Below, piece after piece: positions 30,860 through 41,505 of a stretch of DNA of 64,000 bases. Under the pieces are notes generated by a model. It worked only from the letters and a program-made list of their open reading frames with translations, was not told where the DNA came from and ran no database searches. A program made the translations under genes and the position numbers. The first letter of the stretch is position 1, and each line of letters starts with the position of its first letter. Source of the DNA: Candidatus Hydrogenedentota bacterium (GTDB lineage: Bacteria; Hydrogenedentota; Hydrogenedentia; Hydrogenedentales; SLHB01); NCBI GenBank assembly GCA_963674865.2, contig CAXXYE010000004.1:640001-704000 (forward strand). Direction: 5' to 3'.

Positions 30860-31861
30860 ATGAGGCATCCCGCGGTATCCGTCGTCATGCCTTGCTTCAA
30901 CGCGGCCGAGACGCTCGCTGAGGCCGTCGACTCGATCCGCACACAGACCCTCCAGGATTGGGAGCTGATCATTCTCGATGACGGCTCCTCCGACGCATCC
31001 CCCCGCATCGCCGCCGATTACCAAGCCGCCGACGCCCGCATACGGTGCCGCGCTATACCTCATCAGGGAATCGTCGCCGCCCTGCAACATGCCTGCGAAG
31101 AAGCCCGCGGCGACCTCATCGCCCGCATGGACGCCGATGACGCCGCCCACCCCGAACGCCTCGAAAGACAGGTGGCGTTCATGCAGGCCCATCCCGACGT
31201 GGCCCTCTGCGGAACTCAGGTACACGCCTTCGGCAAACGCCTTCGGCAGGGCCGCGCCCGATACGAGCGGTGGATCAACGGCCTAGTGAGCCACGAGCAG
31301 ATGCTCCGGGACCTCTTCGTCGAATGCCCGATCCCGCATCCCACCTTCATGCTCCGCCGCTCGGACTTCGCGGAGGTGGGTGGATACCAAGATCACGGCT
31401 GGCCCGAGGACTACGACCTAGTCATGCGTCTATTCCTCAACGAGAAACGATTCGGCAAAATCCCCGAGCCTCTGCTCCAATGGCGCGAGTCCCCGGAGCG
31501 CCTGTCGCGCGTCGACCAGCGCTACAGCCCGGAGCAATTCCGCGCCCTCAAGCGACACTATCTCCTCGCCTCGTACCTCAAAGGGCGCGACACCTTCTAC
31601 CAATGGGGAGCGGGGGAGGTGGGCAAGGCATGGCTTCGCGAGTGGGGCGGCCGCAACCCCGTGGCCGTTGTTGACATTAATCCCAGGAAAATCGGCCACG
31701 CTATCCACGGCGTCAAGGTGATACCACCCGAGGAGTTGCCTGCGCCCGGCAAGGTGTTTATCGTAGTAGCGGTAGGGGCGCCGGGCGCCCGCGCGGAGAT
31801 CCGCGCATGGTTCGGCCCCAGGAACTACCGCGAGCTAAAAGACTATTTATTCCTCGCATGA
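30860..31861 (+). CDS. Glycosyltransferase family 2 with C-terminal Rossmann-like domain
   Basis: DDGSSD, ARMDADD, PEDYDL, WGAGEVGK. Confidence 0.9.
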   Translation: MRHPAVSVVMPCFNAAETLAEAVDSIRTQTLQDWELIILDDGSSDASPRIAADYQAADARIRCRAIPHQGIVAALQHACEEARGDLIARMDADDAAHPERLERQVAFMQAHPDVALCGTQVHAFGKRLRQGRARYERWINGLVSHEQMLRDLFVECPIPHPTFMLRRSDFAEVGGYQDHGWPEDYDLVMRLFLNEKRFGKIPEPLLQWRESPERLSRVDQRYSPEQFRALKRHYLLASYLKGRDTFYQWGAGEVGKAWLREWGGRNPVAVVDINPRKIGHAIHGVKVIPPEELPAPGKVFIVVAVGAPGARAEIRAWFGPRNYRELKDYLFLA

Positions 31862-31920
31862 TATTGTTGAATAAGGGCTTACAACCGGCGTCACCGTCCC
31901 GAGAGGACAGGGAAGGGGCT

Positions 31921-31949
31921 GTTAACCTTTTCCGGGCAGGTCTCGTTTA
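31921..31949 (+). promoter_or_regulatory. Putative ECF-type autoregulatory promoter
   Basis: GTTAAC-17 bp-CGTTTA ending just before ATG 31954. Confidence 0.55.
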
Positions 31950-31953
31950 TTAG

Positions 31954-32556
31954 ATGACATTTGAGAGAAAAGAAAGTCCGAGCGCGTGGGACGACGAGGC
32001 CCTGGCTTTGGCCGTCCAGAATGGCGACCGACAGGCCTTCGAAGAGCTTGTCCACCGTCACCAGGGCCGCGTCTACGCGGTCGCGTACCGCATGACGTCG
32101 AACCGGGAAGATGCGCTGGACGTGGCGCAGGAGGCATTCATCAAGGCCTTCCGCAAGATCCACGCGTGGCGGCCGACCGGCAGCTTCGTTACGTGGATGT
32201 TGAAGGTGACGCGGAACCAGGCCATCGATCACATGCGCCGGCGCTCATCACGCCGGTTCGTGCGGCTTGACGAGCCGGAGCACGTTCAGGCGGGCGAGCA
32301 GCTTGAAGGGACCGGCTCCCTGGACACCGAGCGCAATGTGCGCGCCAGAGAGATCGATGCGCGCGTCCAGAAGTCACTGGACGTGTTGTCGCCCACGCAG
32401 CGAACGGTTTTTGTGCTTCGGCATTACGAAGGACTGCCGCTGGCCGACATAGCGCAAGTCCTCGGCTGTACGGTAGGGAGCGTGAAGGTCCACCTGTTTC
32501 GTGCATTGAAGAAGCTTCGCAATGAACTGACCGACCTCTACCAAGGGGCGGAATAA
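31954..32556 (+). CDS. ECF RNA polymerase sigma factor
   Basis: GDRQAFEELV, DALDVAQEAFIKA, FVTWM, EGLPLADIAQVLGCTVGSVKVHLFRA. Confidence 0.95.
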   Translation: MTFERKESPSAWDDEALALAVQNGDRQAFEELVHRHQGRVYAVAYRMTSNREDALDVAQEAFIKAFRKIHAWRPTGSFVTWMLKVTRNQAIDHMRRRSSRRFVRLDEPEHVQAGEQLEGTGSLDTERNVRAREIDARVQKSLDVLSPTQRTVFVLRHYEGLPLADIAQVLGCTVGSVKVHLFRALKKLRNELTDLYQGAE

Positions 32557-32575
32557 CCGACAAGGAACACAGCCT

Positions 32576-33586
32576 ATGTGGGCATGCAGGAGCGCGCGCA
32601 AGCTCATCGCCGCGGCGGCCTACTGCGACATAACACCCCGTGAGCGCGCACGCCTCGACAAACATCTCGAGCAATGCGCCGAGTGTCGTGCCGAGGCCCA
32701 GGCTACTCAGGAGTTCGTGGCGGTGGTTCCAAAGACGCGTCCCGAACTCAACCACGACCTCGTTCCCGGCGTCCGCGCCCGGCTCGTCGAGGAAGCCGGA
32801 CGTCAAGGCGCACGCCGGTGGCGGTTTGCTGTTGCCGGTGCTGTTTGCGCGCTTGCCCTCTTCGTAGTGATCTACGGCGCCTCAACGCGCGGCCCCCAAG
32901 AGAAAGCCACGGAACCTGTTCTTGCGACAAACCCCTCACCCGTACAGCAAGCGCTGGGCCAAGCCCAACAACTGACCCAGGAGCACGAATACGCTGCCGC
33001 CTACCTGGCCCTTGCCAATACCCTCAAGACCCGGCCAGAGGATGCCGCCGCGGGACAGGCCCAGGTCGTCCTCGCCGATCTTCTCTTCAGCAAGTTGCAC
33101 CTCTACAAGGAAGCCTACAAGGCCTATGAAGCGCTGCTACGCCTTCATCCGGATGCCTATGAAGCAAGTCCGGACCGAGCCGAATTGGCCAGCCGATACA
33201 ACCTTCTTCGCGAGGCCAAGAGCACCGACTTCGAATCCTTGTATGCCTTGGACGCCGCACGCGACTTCACGGATCTCGAGCATGTCGTCGCCCGCTACCC
33301 GGCTACCTACGTCGCATCGCACGCCGCCGACCGAATGGCCCTCATGGTGGCTGCCGAGAGCGGATTCAACCAGCCGGAAGGCTATCTCACCGCCCTTGAG
33401 CAAGCCCGAGATGAGTGCACGCATCCCATCGCTGTCGCCCAGCTCAAGTGGGAGATGGGCTTGGTCTGCTGGAAGCAGCTTCACGAGCCGGGATTGGCAC
33501 GCGACCTGTTCGAACAGGTGAAGACGAGCGACAATACCGCTCTGGCCGAACTGGCCTCGAATGCCCTCCTGGACATGAGGCCCTAG
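32576..33586 (+). CDS. Zinc-finger (zf-HC2) anti-sigma factor with TM helix and TPR-like periplasmic domain
   Basis: HLEQCAEC (HxxxCxxC), single TM, helical repeats; directly follows the ECF gene. Confidence 0.85.
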   Translation: MWACRSARKLIAAAAYCDITPRERARLDKHLEQCAECRAEAQATQEFVAVVPKTRPELNHDLVPGVRARLVEEAGRQGARRWRFAVAGAVCALALFVVIYGASTRGPQEKATEPVLATNPSPVQQALGQAQQLTQEHEYAAAYLALANTLKTRPEDAAAGQAQVVLADLLFSKLHLYKEAYKAYEALLRLHPDAYEASPDRAELASRYNLLREAKSTDFESLYALDAARDFTDLEHVVARYPATYVASHAADRMALMVAAESGFNQPEGYLTALEQARDECTHPIAVAQLKWEMGLVCWKQLHEPGLARDLFEQVKTSDNTALAELASNALLDMRP

Positions 33587-33850
33587 GGTGCGGCCAGAAA
33601 GCCACCGAATGACGAGGCCCAAGAGTCCTGGACGTTGAGATAGAAGCACTTACAAGTGCTTTCTGGCCGCACCCCGCCAGGAACCGCGCCTTCAGGCTGG
33701 AACTGTGAGCGGCCCTGCCGTATTGACTCGTATAAGCCCGTGATAGCCGCTAGGAAATCGCGGCCGGAACCGGCGTCTTGCGGGCGACCAGTCCGTGTGA
33801 TAACATACTGATAAATAACGAGTTCGTCGCAGCCGACAGGAGTAATTGAC

Positions 33851-35599
33851 GTGGTTGGCGAAAGGGCTTTCGAAAAGCAGTTGATCCGAGATAAGCTGGT
33901 TGACGAGACCCGCTTGGCCAGCGCCAAGGCAGAAGCCCAGAAGAACGATGTCCGGCTGATTGACGCCATTGAGCAAATGGGCTACGCCACGGCCGAAGAC
34001 CTCTACAGAAGCCTCGCCGACTTCTGCCAGTTTCGCTTCGTGTCGCCCTCGAAGTTGGTCGACGGCGCCTCCAAACTCAAAGACACCGTCCCGGCCCGGT
34101 TCGCTACACACTACGGATTCGTTCCCGTCGAGGAGAATAACGGCGCCCTCGTCGTAGCGGTGAGCGATCCTCTCAACGCGCAACTGCTGGACGACATCCG
34201 CCTCGTCCTCAAGCGGCGCGTCGAGGCGGTCGTGGCCACGCCGACGGAGATCGAACGGGCAATCAAGATTTTGTACGGCGTCGGCGCCGACACCATGGAG
34301 CGCATCCTCAGCGATAACGAAACCAGCGCCGTCGTCAGCCTGGACGCCGCCCCTATCAGCGCCGACCTGGGCGATGAGAAGATCGATGCCTCCATCATCA
34401 AGTTCGTCAACGAACTCCTCCAAGAAGCCATCGAAGCCGGCGCCACCGACATCCACGTCGAGCCGTTCGAGGACGAGTTGCGCGTGCGCTACCGCATCGA
34501 CGGCGTACTCCACCAGATTCCCACACCGCCGAGTATTCGCGGCTTCCAACCCGCCATCGTCTCGCGTGTCAAGATCATGGCCAACCTCAATATCGCCGAG
34601 AAGCGCCTGCCGCAAGACGGCAAAATCCTCGCATCCTTGGGGGACGAGAAATACGACCTCCGCGTCTCCATTCTGCCGACGCCGCACGGCGAGACGGTCA
34701 ATATCCGCATCTTGAGCCGCTCATCGATGTTCCTCACGCTTGAGCAGTTGGGCTTTCAGACTGATGAACTCACGGCATTCAACACCTTCCTCCAGCGGCC
34801 CCACGGCATTATTCTCGTTACCGGCCCCACCGGCAGCGGCAAAACCACGACCCTCTACGCCTCCCTGAGCAAACTCAACAAGCTCGACCGCAAGATCATC
34901 ACCATTGAGGACCCCATCGAGTACCAGCTCAAAGGTATCAGTCAGATGCAGATTCTCCCGCAGATCGGATTCGATTTCGCCTACGGCCTGCGCTCCATGC
35001 TTCGCCACGATCCCGACATCATGATGGTCGGCGAGATTCGCGATCACGAAGCCGCGGAAATGGCCATCCGCTCCAGCCTGACAGGCCATCTCGTCTTCAG
35101 CACGCTCCACACCAACGACGCCGCCGGCGCCGTCACCCGACTGGTAGACATGGGCATCGAGCCCTTCCTCATCGCCAGCACCATCATCGCCACCACCGCG
35201 CAGCGCCTCGTGAGGCGCGTCTGTGAACACTGCCAGGAGGCCTACGAACCCGAAGAGCACGCCCTGCGGGAACTTGCCTTCACACGGCAACAGGCCGAAA
35301 GCGCTACATTCCGCCGCGGGCGCGGCTGTGAACAGTGCCGCCACACCGGCTACCGCGGCCGCGTCGCCATTTGCGAGATCCTGCCCTTCACCAATCCCAT
35401 CAAGGAACTTACCGTGCAGCGCGCGCCCTCGACGGAGATCAAGCGCAAAGGCCACCAACTGGGCATGAGAACGCTGCGCGAATCCGGCCGAGTGCGCGCA
35501 TGCCAGGGCATTACGACCATCGAAGAAGTCCTGCGCGTCACCTCCGACACCGACGTCATCGATGCCGTGGAGGCGGGCGATGCCGCAGTATCAGTATGA
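33851..35599 (+). CDS. gspE: Type II secretion ATPase
   Basis: ATDIHVEP, EKRLPQDG, GPTGSGKTTT, TIEDPIE, LTGHLVFSTLH, CxxC..CxxC. Confidence 0.93.
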   Translation: MVGERAFEKQLIRDKLVDETRLASAKAEAQKNDVRLIDAIEQMGYATAEDLYRSLADFCQFRFVSPSKLVDGASKLKDTVPARFATHYGFVPVEENNGALVVAVSDPLNAQLLDDIRLVLKRRVEAVVATPTEIERAIKILYGVGADTMERILSDNETSAVVSLDAAPISADLGDEKIDASIIKFVNELLQEAIEAGATDIHVEPFEDELRVRYRIDGVLHQIPTPPSIRGFQPAIVSRVKIMANLNIAEKRLPQDGKILASLGDEKYDLRVSILPTPHGETVNIRILSRSSMFLTLEQLGFQTDELTAFNTFLQRPHGIILVTGPTGSGKTTTLYASLSKLNKLDRKIITIEDPIEYQLKGISQMQILPQIGFDFAYGLRSMLRHDPDIMMVGEIRDHEAAEMAIRSSLTGHLVFSTLHTNDAAGAVTRLVDMGIEPFLIASTIIATTAQRLVRRVCEHCQEAYEPEEHALRELAFTRQQAESATFRRGRGCEQCRHTGYRGRVAICEILPFTNPIKELTVQRAPSTEIKRKGHQLGMRTLRESGRVRACQGITTIEEVLRVTSDTDVIDAVEAGDAAVSV

Positions 35600-36791
35600 G
35601 GTCAAGAAGGGCCCGGGTGAGGTCAACACCGGCGTCCTCGAAGCCGAAAGCCGCCGTGCCGCCGTCGGCCGCCTGCGCGATATGGGCTATTTCCCCATCA
35701 AGGTCGAGGAATATGTCTCGAAGGAGCAGGCGGACGCCCTGAAGCAGGCCCTCAAGCGCGTGGGCCTCAAAGATCGCAACGTCTTCTTCCGCCAACTCGC
35801 GAACCTGCTCGAATCCGGCATGCCCATTTCCCGCGCCCTCACCACGCTCGTCGAGCAAACCAAGAATCCCAAGCTCCGCACCATCATCGAGCAACTCCGC
35901 GATGACGTTCAACGCGGCAGCGCCCTCGCCGAAGCCATGGAACGCCATCCCAAGGTCTTCCCGGCCACCTACACCAGCCTCGTGCGCGCAGGCGAGTCCG
36001 GCGGCGTTATCGAGGACGTGCTATGGCGGATCGTCGCCTTTGGCGAACAGGAGGAAGAACTTCGGGGAAAAGCCGTGGGCGCCTTGATCTACCCTTGCTT
36101 CCTCATGGTGGTGGGCGGCATCGCCATCTTCATCCTTGTGTCGTTTGTATTTCCCAAGCTGATGGGCGTCTTCGAGGACTTTCAGGCGTCCCTGCCCTGG
36201 CCCACCGTCGTCGTTATGGCTTTCTGCTCTTTCATGGGCAAGTTTTGGTGGGCCGTGCTTATAGCGCTAGGCTTAGGAGCGGCGGGGATAGTCTCATTCG
36301 CTCGGAGTGAGAACGGACGGCGCACTCTCGACACCATCACGCTCAGCCTGCCCGTCGTCGGCGATGTGGTGCAGAAATACGAAATGGCCAAGTTTGCCCG
36401 CGTGCTCGGGACGTTGGTCGATAATGGCGTCCCGATTCTCAGCGCGCTCAAGATCACGGTTGATACCCTCAGCAACACCCTTATCATCGAGGAAATCACC
36501 GCGACCCGCGAACGAATCGCCGAGGGCGACAGCCTGAGCGAGAGTCTGCATGGTGCGGAGCATTTTCCCCCGATGGTCGTAAGCATGTTCGCCGTGGGCG
36601 AGGAAAGCGGCAGGCTCGGAACCGTAACCCGGCGCATTGCCGACGCTTATGACACCGAGGTGGACCGCGCCGTCAAGGCCATGGCCGCCCTTTTCGAGCC
36701 GCTGCTCATCGTGGTGATGGGCGTCGTCATCGGCTTTCTCGTTATAGCCATGCTCTTGCCTATGCTGAGCCTCAGCGCGCAGGTGGGATGA
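35580..36791 (+). CDS. gspF: Type II secretion platform protein
   Basis: FFRQLANLLESG, AGESGG, VGEESGRL, FEPLLIV; three TM helices. Confidence 0.93.
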   Translation: MPQYQYEVKKGPGEVNTGVLEAESRRAAVGRLRDMGYFPIKVEEYVSKEQADALKQALKRVGLKDRNVFFRQLANLLESGMPISRALTTLVEQTKNPKLRTIIEQLRDDVQRGSALAEAMERHPKVFPATYTSLVRAGESGGVIEDVLWRIVAFGEQEEELRGKAVGALIYPCFLMVVGGIAIFILVSFVFPKLMGVFEDFQASLPWPTVVVMAFCSFMGKFWWAVLIALGLGAAGIVSFARSENGRRTLDTITLSLPVVGDVVQKYEMAKFARVLGTLVDNGVPILSALKITVDTLSNTLIIEEITATRERIAEGDSLSESLHGAEHFPPMVVSMFAVGEESGRLGTVTRRIADAYDTEVDRAVKAMAALFEPLLIVVMGVVIGFLVIAMLLPMLSLSAQVG

Positions 36792-36952
36792 CCATGTCAG
36801 AATTCGGAGACCCCAACGCGTTACCGTAACAAGTGGCCAGCGGGGCTCCGGTGGCTAGGGAGTGGAAGTCCCTTTAGGGACGTGACAAACAGGATAGAAA
36901 AGGCGGCAGTCTCTACTACGGGATTCGAGACGCCTATTGCTCGGAGGTCCTC

Positions 36953-37336
36953 ATGCACGAAACCAGCGGATTCACCCTGATCGAACTCATCCTTGTCACC
37001 GTCATCATCGGTATCCTTGCCGGAATGGTGGTCGTGACCTTTGTCGGCCGCGCCGAGGAGGCCCGCATCAAAGCCGCCAAAGGCGATATCATGAGCTACC
37101 AGAACGCCATCGACCTGTACGCCCTCGACCACAATGACAAATACCCCCGCGCCCTCAAGGATCTCATCGGCGGCGAGCGGCCTTACCTTCGAGACTACAA
37201 GAAGGACCCGTGGGGAAACGATTACATCTACGAGGTGCCCGGCAAGGTACACAAGGCCAGTTACGACCTCTATTCCGCGGGCCCCGACAATAGCCCCGGC
37301 ACCGAAGATGACGTAAAGCCCTGGGAAGAAGAGTAA
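36953..37336 (+). CDS. gspG: Major pseudopilin
   Basis: G-FTLIE prepilin site; DPWGNDYIY, YDLYSAGPD..GTEDD. Confidence 0.92.
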   Translation: MHETSGFTLIELILVTVIIGILAGMVVVTFVGRAEEARIKAAKGDIMSYQNAIDLYALDHNDKYPRALKDLIGGERPYLRDYKKDPWGNDYIYEVPGKVHKASYDLYSAGPDNSPGTEDDVKPWEEE

Positions 37337-37353
37337 TCCCCCGGGAAGCTTCC

Positions 37354-37899
37354 ATGGCGCCCCCTGTCCACATAGGCCCCGCGCGCGCAAACGCACACGC
37401 GGCGGCCGGCCGTGGCTTCTCGCTTCTTGAACTCATCGTCGTGCTCGCCTTGCTCGGCATCATGACCGCGGCTGTCGTCCCCATCTACGCCGGCTCTCTC
37501 GAGTTCGTTCGGAGCGATCACGCCGTCCGCGAAATCATCGCCCTCATCCGCTACGCCCAGGAACGCGCCATCATCGACGTCGCCGAATACCGCTTGTACA
37601 TCCAACCCCGGGAGGGGGCCTACTGGCTCGCCCGCGAGCAGTACGACGCGGATCGACGCAGGCTCTTCGCTGAACTCGACGAAACCGTCGGGCGCGCAGT
37701 TCACTTGGCCCCCAAGGTGGCCTTCCTCGAACCCAATGCTCGCACCGACATTGAATTCAGGACCCCCACGTATTGTGTGGCCTTCTACCCGAACGCCTCC
37801 TCCGACTTCGCCGTCATCACCTTGCTGCGCGACGACGGGCGCACGTTCGAGATCGCCGTGGGCGGCGCGCTGGGGCGCATTGAGGTGTCGGAGCAATGA
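37354..37899 (+). CDS. gspH: Minor pseudopilin, GspH-like
   Basis: G-FSLLE prepilin motif; position after gspG. Confidence 0.75.
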   Translation: MAPPVHIGPARANAHAAAGRGFSLLELIVVLALLGIMTAAVVPIYAGSLEFVRSDHAVREIIALIRYAQERAIIDVAEYRLYIQPREGAYWLAREQYDADRRRLFAELDETVGRAVHLAPKVAFLEPNARTDIEFRTPTYCVAFYPNASSDFAVITLLRDDGRTFEIAVGGALGRIEVSEQ

Positions 37900-38357
37900 C
37901 GCGGCGCACACGAAAGCGCGGCTACATCCTCGTCGAGGCCCTCGTCGCCATGACGGTACTCTCGATTGCGGGATTCGTCATTCATCGCTCCATCAGCGAG
38001 GCCATCATGATGCGCGGATACGCCAGGGACTATACTCAGGCGCGCTTCCTGGTCGAAAAGGTCGTTGCCGACCTCGATGTCCAGCCTCTCCTAAAGCTAC
38101 GCTCCGAATCCGGCTCGTTCGACGGCCGGTTCTCTCGCTTCCGATACGAATGGACCGTATCCAGGATAACACTGCCCTTGCCGCCCATTCCCCCGAAACT
38201 CAAGCCAGAGAAGAAGCCGAAGTTGCCCATCGCCCAACTCGGCAAGATCTCCGCCAGCGTCACCTGGACCCGCTCCGGCAAGACCTACTCCGAAACGGTG
38301 GAGACCCTCTTCGACGCCAGACGGCTCTTCGACCCGAGGCCCCAGAATGAAGAGTGA
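37896..38357 (+). CDS. gspI: Minor pseudopilin, GspI-like
   Basis: G-YILVE prepilin motif; FRYEWTV; position. Confidence 0.7.
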   Translation: MTRRTRKRGYILVEALVAMTVLSIAGFVIHRSISEAIMMRGYARDYTQARFLVEKVVADLDVQPLLKLRSESGSFDGRFSRFRYEWTVSRITLPLPPIPPKLKPEKKPKLPIAQLGKISASVTWTRSGKTYSETVETLFDARRLFDPRPQNEE

Positions 38358-39102
38358 CACCTTACGCCAACGGGCGGGATTCACCCTCGCCGAGCTGCTC
38401 GTCGCAAGCACGGTGATCTCCATCGTCATGGCCGCGCTATACACGACCTTCAACACCTCAATCCGCACCTGGCGGAGGGCGGAGGTCGATTTGCACGTCT
38501 ACCAGGACGCCCGTATCGCCCTCGAGGTCATCGGCCGTGAGCTTCAGGGCAACTACACACCCGCCCAGCATCTCTTCGAAGGAACCGCCCGTGAACTTCA
38601 ATTCTTCGCCATCGTACCACCCCTTAATCTCGAAGACGGCCCCGCGCCGCGCGTTATGTGGATACACTACCGCCTTGCCGGCAAGATCGGCAGCCCCACC
38701 ATGGAACTCGTGCGCGAGGAGGCCATTCTCACGGGAGCTATCCCCGGTATGCCGCCCAAGGATCAGATAATCGATATCGAGAAAATCCCCAAGGCGCCGA
38801 TGCACAGTTTCGTCTTGGCACGCGACGTACTCGACTTCCAGGTGCGCTACCATTGGGCGCCCGTTATCCGTCAGGGCCGCTTCGACCGCGACAATCCGCC
38901 CCCCAATTGGTTTGACATCGTCCGCATGACCTACCACAGGCAGAAGTGGGGTGTCCCTCAAGCCGTCGAGGTCGTCCTCACCCTGGCCGACCCCGCCTCC
39001 GAGAGCGGCCGGACCTCCTTCACGGAACTCACGGCCTTCAACGGCCCCACGCGGCGGGTGGACATCCTCAAAGAAGCCCGCCTGGTGGAGGAGGCGTCAT
39101 GA
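38347..39102 (+). CDS. gspJ: Minor pseudopilin, GspJ-like
   Basis: G-FTLAE motif; C-terminal VPQAVEVVL. Confidence 0.75.
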   Translation: MKSDTLRQRAGFTLAELLVASTVISIVMAALYTTFNTSIRTWRRAEVDLHVYQDARIALEVIGRELQGNYTPAQHLFEGTARELQFFAIVPPLNLEDGPAPRVMWIHYRLAGKIGSPTMELVREEAILTGAIPGMPPKDQIIDIEKIPKAPMHSFVLARDVLDFQVRYHWAPVIRQGRFDRDNPPPNWFDIVRMTYHRQKWGVPQAVEVVLTLADPASESGRTSFTELTAFNGPTRRVDILKEARLVEEAS

Positions 39103-40028
39103 GAAGACGCCACCAAGAAGGCTTCGTGCTTGTCTGCGTTCTATGGATCCTCGCGATTCTCACCGTCATCAGTGTCGGCTTCGGGCGCCGCGCGTGGATG
39201 GAGGCCCGGGCCGCCTCCCTTGAAATGGACCACCTCCAGGCCAAGTACTGGGCACGCTCGGCCGCCGTCCGCGGATTGGCCGCCCTCCAAAACAAAGCCA
39301 CCGTAGACACACTCCAAGGCAAGATCCTGCGCACCAGCTACGACCAGCAGTGCTTCAATCCAAAGGACATGCTGGAGGAAGGCATCTACTTCGCGGCGTC
39401 GGAAGACCCGGAATTCGAGAACGATGCATGCATCTACGTCATCCGCGACGAGGAAAGTCGCATCTCCGTCAATCACGCTCCCATGGTCGTGCTCAAGAAG
39501 ATAAACGGCTTCAACATGAAGGTGATCAACGCCATCAAACAGCGACGGGGCCTCGAGCGGAGGGGAAGGCCCCCACATGCCTTTCTCACTATCGAGGAAG
39601 TCCACGATCTCGGCATTGACGACGACATCTGGTATGGAAACGAGGACACGCCCGGAGTGCGAGAGCTTCTTACCGTGCGAGGGGACGGCTACGTCAACCT
39701 CAATACGGCCTCGGCCGACGTCCTGCGCTGCCTCCCCGAAGTACCCGATAACATCATTGACGCCATCATCGAGTACCGTGACGGCGACGACGACATCCTA
39801 GGCACTGAGGACGACCACGCATTCCGCGATTTCGGCGCCGTACTCAAGAAGGTGAAAATCACCGGTAAACCCTTTTGGGCTTTGCAGCGTTTTTGCAAGT
39901 ATACAAGCAGCTTCTATACAATCACCGGGTTTGCCACGAGGCGGCAGGGGAAGGTGCGCGCCTACTGCACCCCCGAGGTCGCGGAAACAAGCCTGACGCA
40001 ATGGAAGGAAGGCGCGAGTGCCTGGTAA
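39099..40028 (+). CDS. gspK: Minor pseudopilin GspK
   Basis: G-FVLVCVLW (no Glu5, as usual for GspK), IRDEESRISVN, VNLNTAS HhH region. Confidence 0.85.
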   Translation: MRRRHQEGFVLVCVLWILAILTVISVGFGRRAWMEARAASLEMDHLQAKYWARSAAVRGLAALQNKATVDTLQGKILRTSYDQQCFNPKDMLEEGIYFAASEDPEFENDACIYVIRDEESRISVNHAPMVVLKKINGFNMKVINAIKQRRGLERRGRPPHAFLTIEEVHDLGIDDDIWYGNEDTPGVRELLTVRGDGYVNLNTASADVLRCLPEVPDNIIDAIIEYRDGDDDILGTEDDHAFRDFGAVLKKVKITGKPFWALQRFCKYTSSFYTITGFATRRQGKVRAYCTPEVAETSLTQWKEGASAW

Positions 40029-41505
40029 GACCAACGCCATCAGTATCTTGCAGGTCAACGACCATCTCATCTCCTGGGTGAGGGCGCGTCGGACGTCGAA
40101 TGGCGTGGCCATCCTCGATTTGCAGCAAGAGCGTGGCGCCTGGAACCTCGAAGACGGCTCCCTCGAAGCCGCCCTCAAAGCCTTTGTCGCCAAACACCCC
40201 ATTGCCAACGATGCCGTCTACACCGTCCTGCCCAGGCACGTCATCACCTCGCGGATCATCTGCCTACCCTCGCAAGAGCCCAGCGAGATCAGCGCCATGA
40301 TCCGCCTCAGCGCCGAGGAATATGTGCCCTTCCGCGTCCAGGAACTCGTCATCGACGAATGCGTACTGCGCACAACTCCAGACGGGCAGGCGTGGGTCTT
40401 GGCCGTCTTCGCGCAACGGGATGTCGTGGACGAGCACGTGAACCTTCTCAAGAGCGTCGGACTTCAGCCCGAAAAGATCCTCTTAAGCACCGCGTGCCTT
40501 GCCTCCGCTGCCCTCGCCGCCCGCGCCAACGCTACTGAGCGATACGCCGTCGTCAATCTGGCCGCCGGTGGCCTCGAAGCCATCGTCATAAGCGGAAACC
40601 GGCTGGAATACGGCCGCGGCGTCGCCACCGGCCAAGACTGGCCGGGCGATGGCGCGACCCATGAACCCATTATCGACGAGTTGGCCGGCGAGGTGCGCGC
40701 ATCGATGGCCGCCTATCAGCGCGAATCGGAAGATGGCGCCTCGGTGGAGCGCGTTTTCGTCTCGTCGGACGCCCTCGGCCTCGGTGCGTTCGCCGATTCC
40801 TTGACAGTTCCCGTCGACTGCCCGTGCGTCCCCGCCGAGTTCGGCCGCGAGATCACCGCGCGTCAGGAATCGGCCGTCACGGATGTGCCTCCAGTGCTTC
40901 TGGGCGCCGCCCTTGCGGCCCAAGGGCGGGCCGCCGTCTCCATAGACCTGACGCCCGAATGGCTCACGCAAGCACGTTCCCGGGCACGTGCGAGACAGCG
41001 CGTCGCCCGCATGGCCATTGTGGCCGGGGCATTCCTGCTTGGTGTGCTCGGCCTCTATGCCCAGGCCGTCCACCAGCGAAAGGCCTACATCAAAGAACTC
41101 GAGCAGCGGATCGCCGCGGTGGCCCCGGAAGCAACCGGCATTATCGCGAAGCGCCGTCAGTTGGGAATCCTGAGGCAGCAAGTAGACCGGAGCGCTTCGG
41201 TACTCGAGTTGTTGAGCGCCCTATGTTCCCTCGCTCCGGATGAAGGCATGAACATCACACGCTTCGCCTACAAACGCGGCGCCGAGATCCAGGTAAGCGG
41301 CCGTGCGCTCAGCCGGGCCATCGTCGATAGTCTGTCCGAGCGACTCCGCGAATTCGGACAAGCCGGACTGCCGCAGTTCGCCCACGCAAATGTCCTCTAC
41401 ATGACCAATCAAACCGAACGCGGCAAGCCCGTCGTCGATTTCGCCATCGAGATGCCCCTCAAAGCCGGCGAAGACGACGCGAGTGGGGGACAGGCCGGTG
41501 AATAG
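40018..41505 (+). CDS. GspL / PilM-PilN-like assembly protein
   Basis: Actin-like cytoplasmic domain (AEEYVPF), TM, coiled coil, PilN-like C-terminus. Confidence 0.75.
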   Translation: MPGKTNAISILQVNDHLISWVRARRTSNGVAILDLQQERGAWNLEDGSLEAALKAFVAKHPIANDAVYTVLPRHVITSRIICLPSQEPSEISAMIRLSAEEYVPFRVQELVIDECVLRTTPDGQAWVLAVFAQRDVVDEHVNLLKSVGLQPEKILLSTACLASAALAARANATERYAVVNLAAGGLEAIVISGNRLEYGRGVATGQDWPGDGATHEPIIDELAGEVRASMAAYQRESEDGASVERVFVSSDALGLGAFADSLTVPVDCPCVPAEFGREITARQESAVTDVPPVLLGAALAAQGRAAVSIDLTPEWLTQARSRARARQRVARMAIVAGAFLLGVLGLYAQAVHQRKAYIKELEQRIAAVAPEATGIIAKRRQLGILRQQVDRSASVLELLSALCSLAPDEGMNITRFAYKRGAEIQVSGRALSRAIVDSLSERLREFGQAGLPQFAHANVLYMTNQTERGKPVVDFAIEMPLKAGEDDASGGQAGE

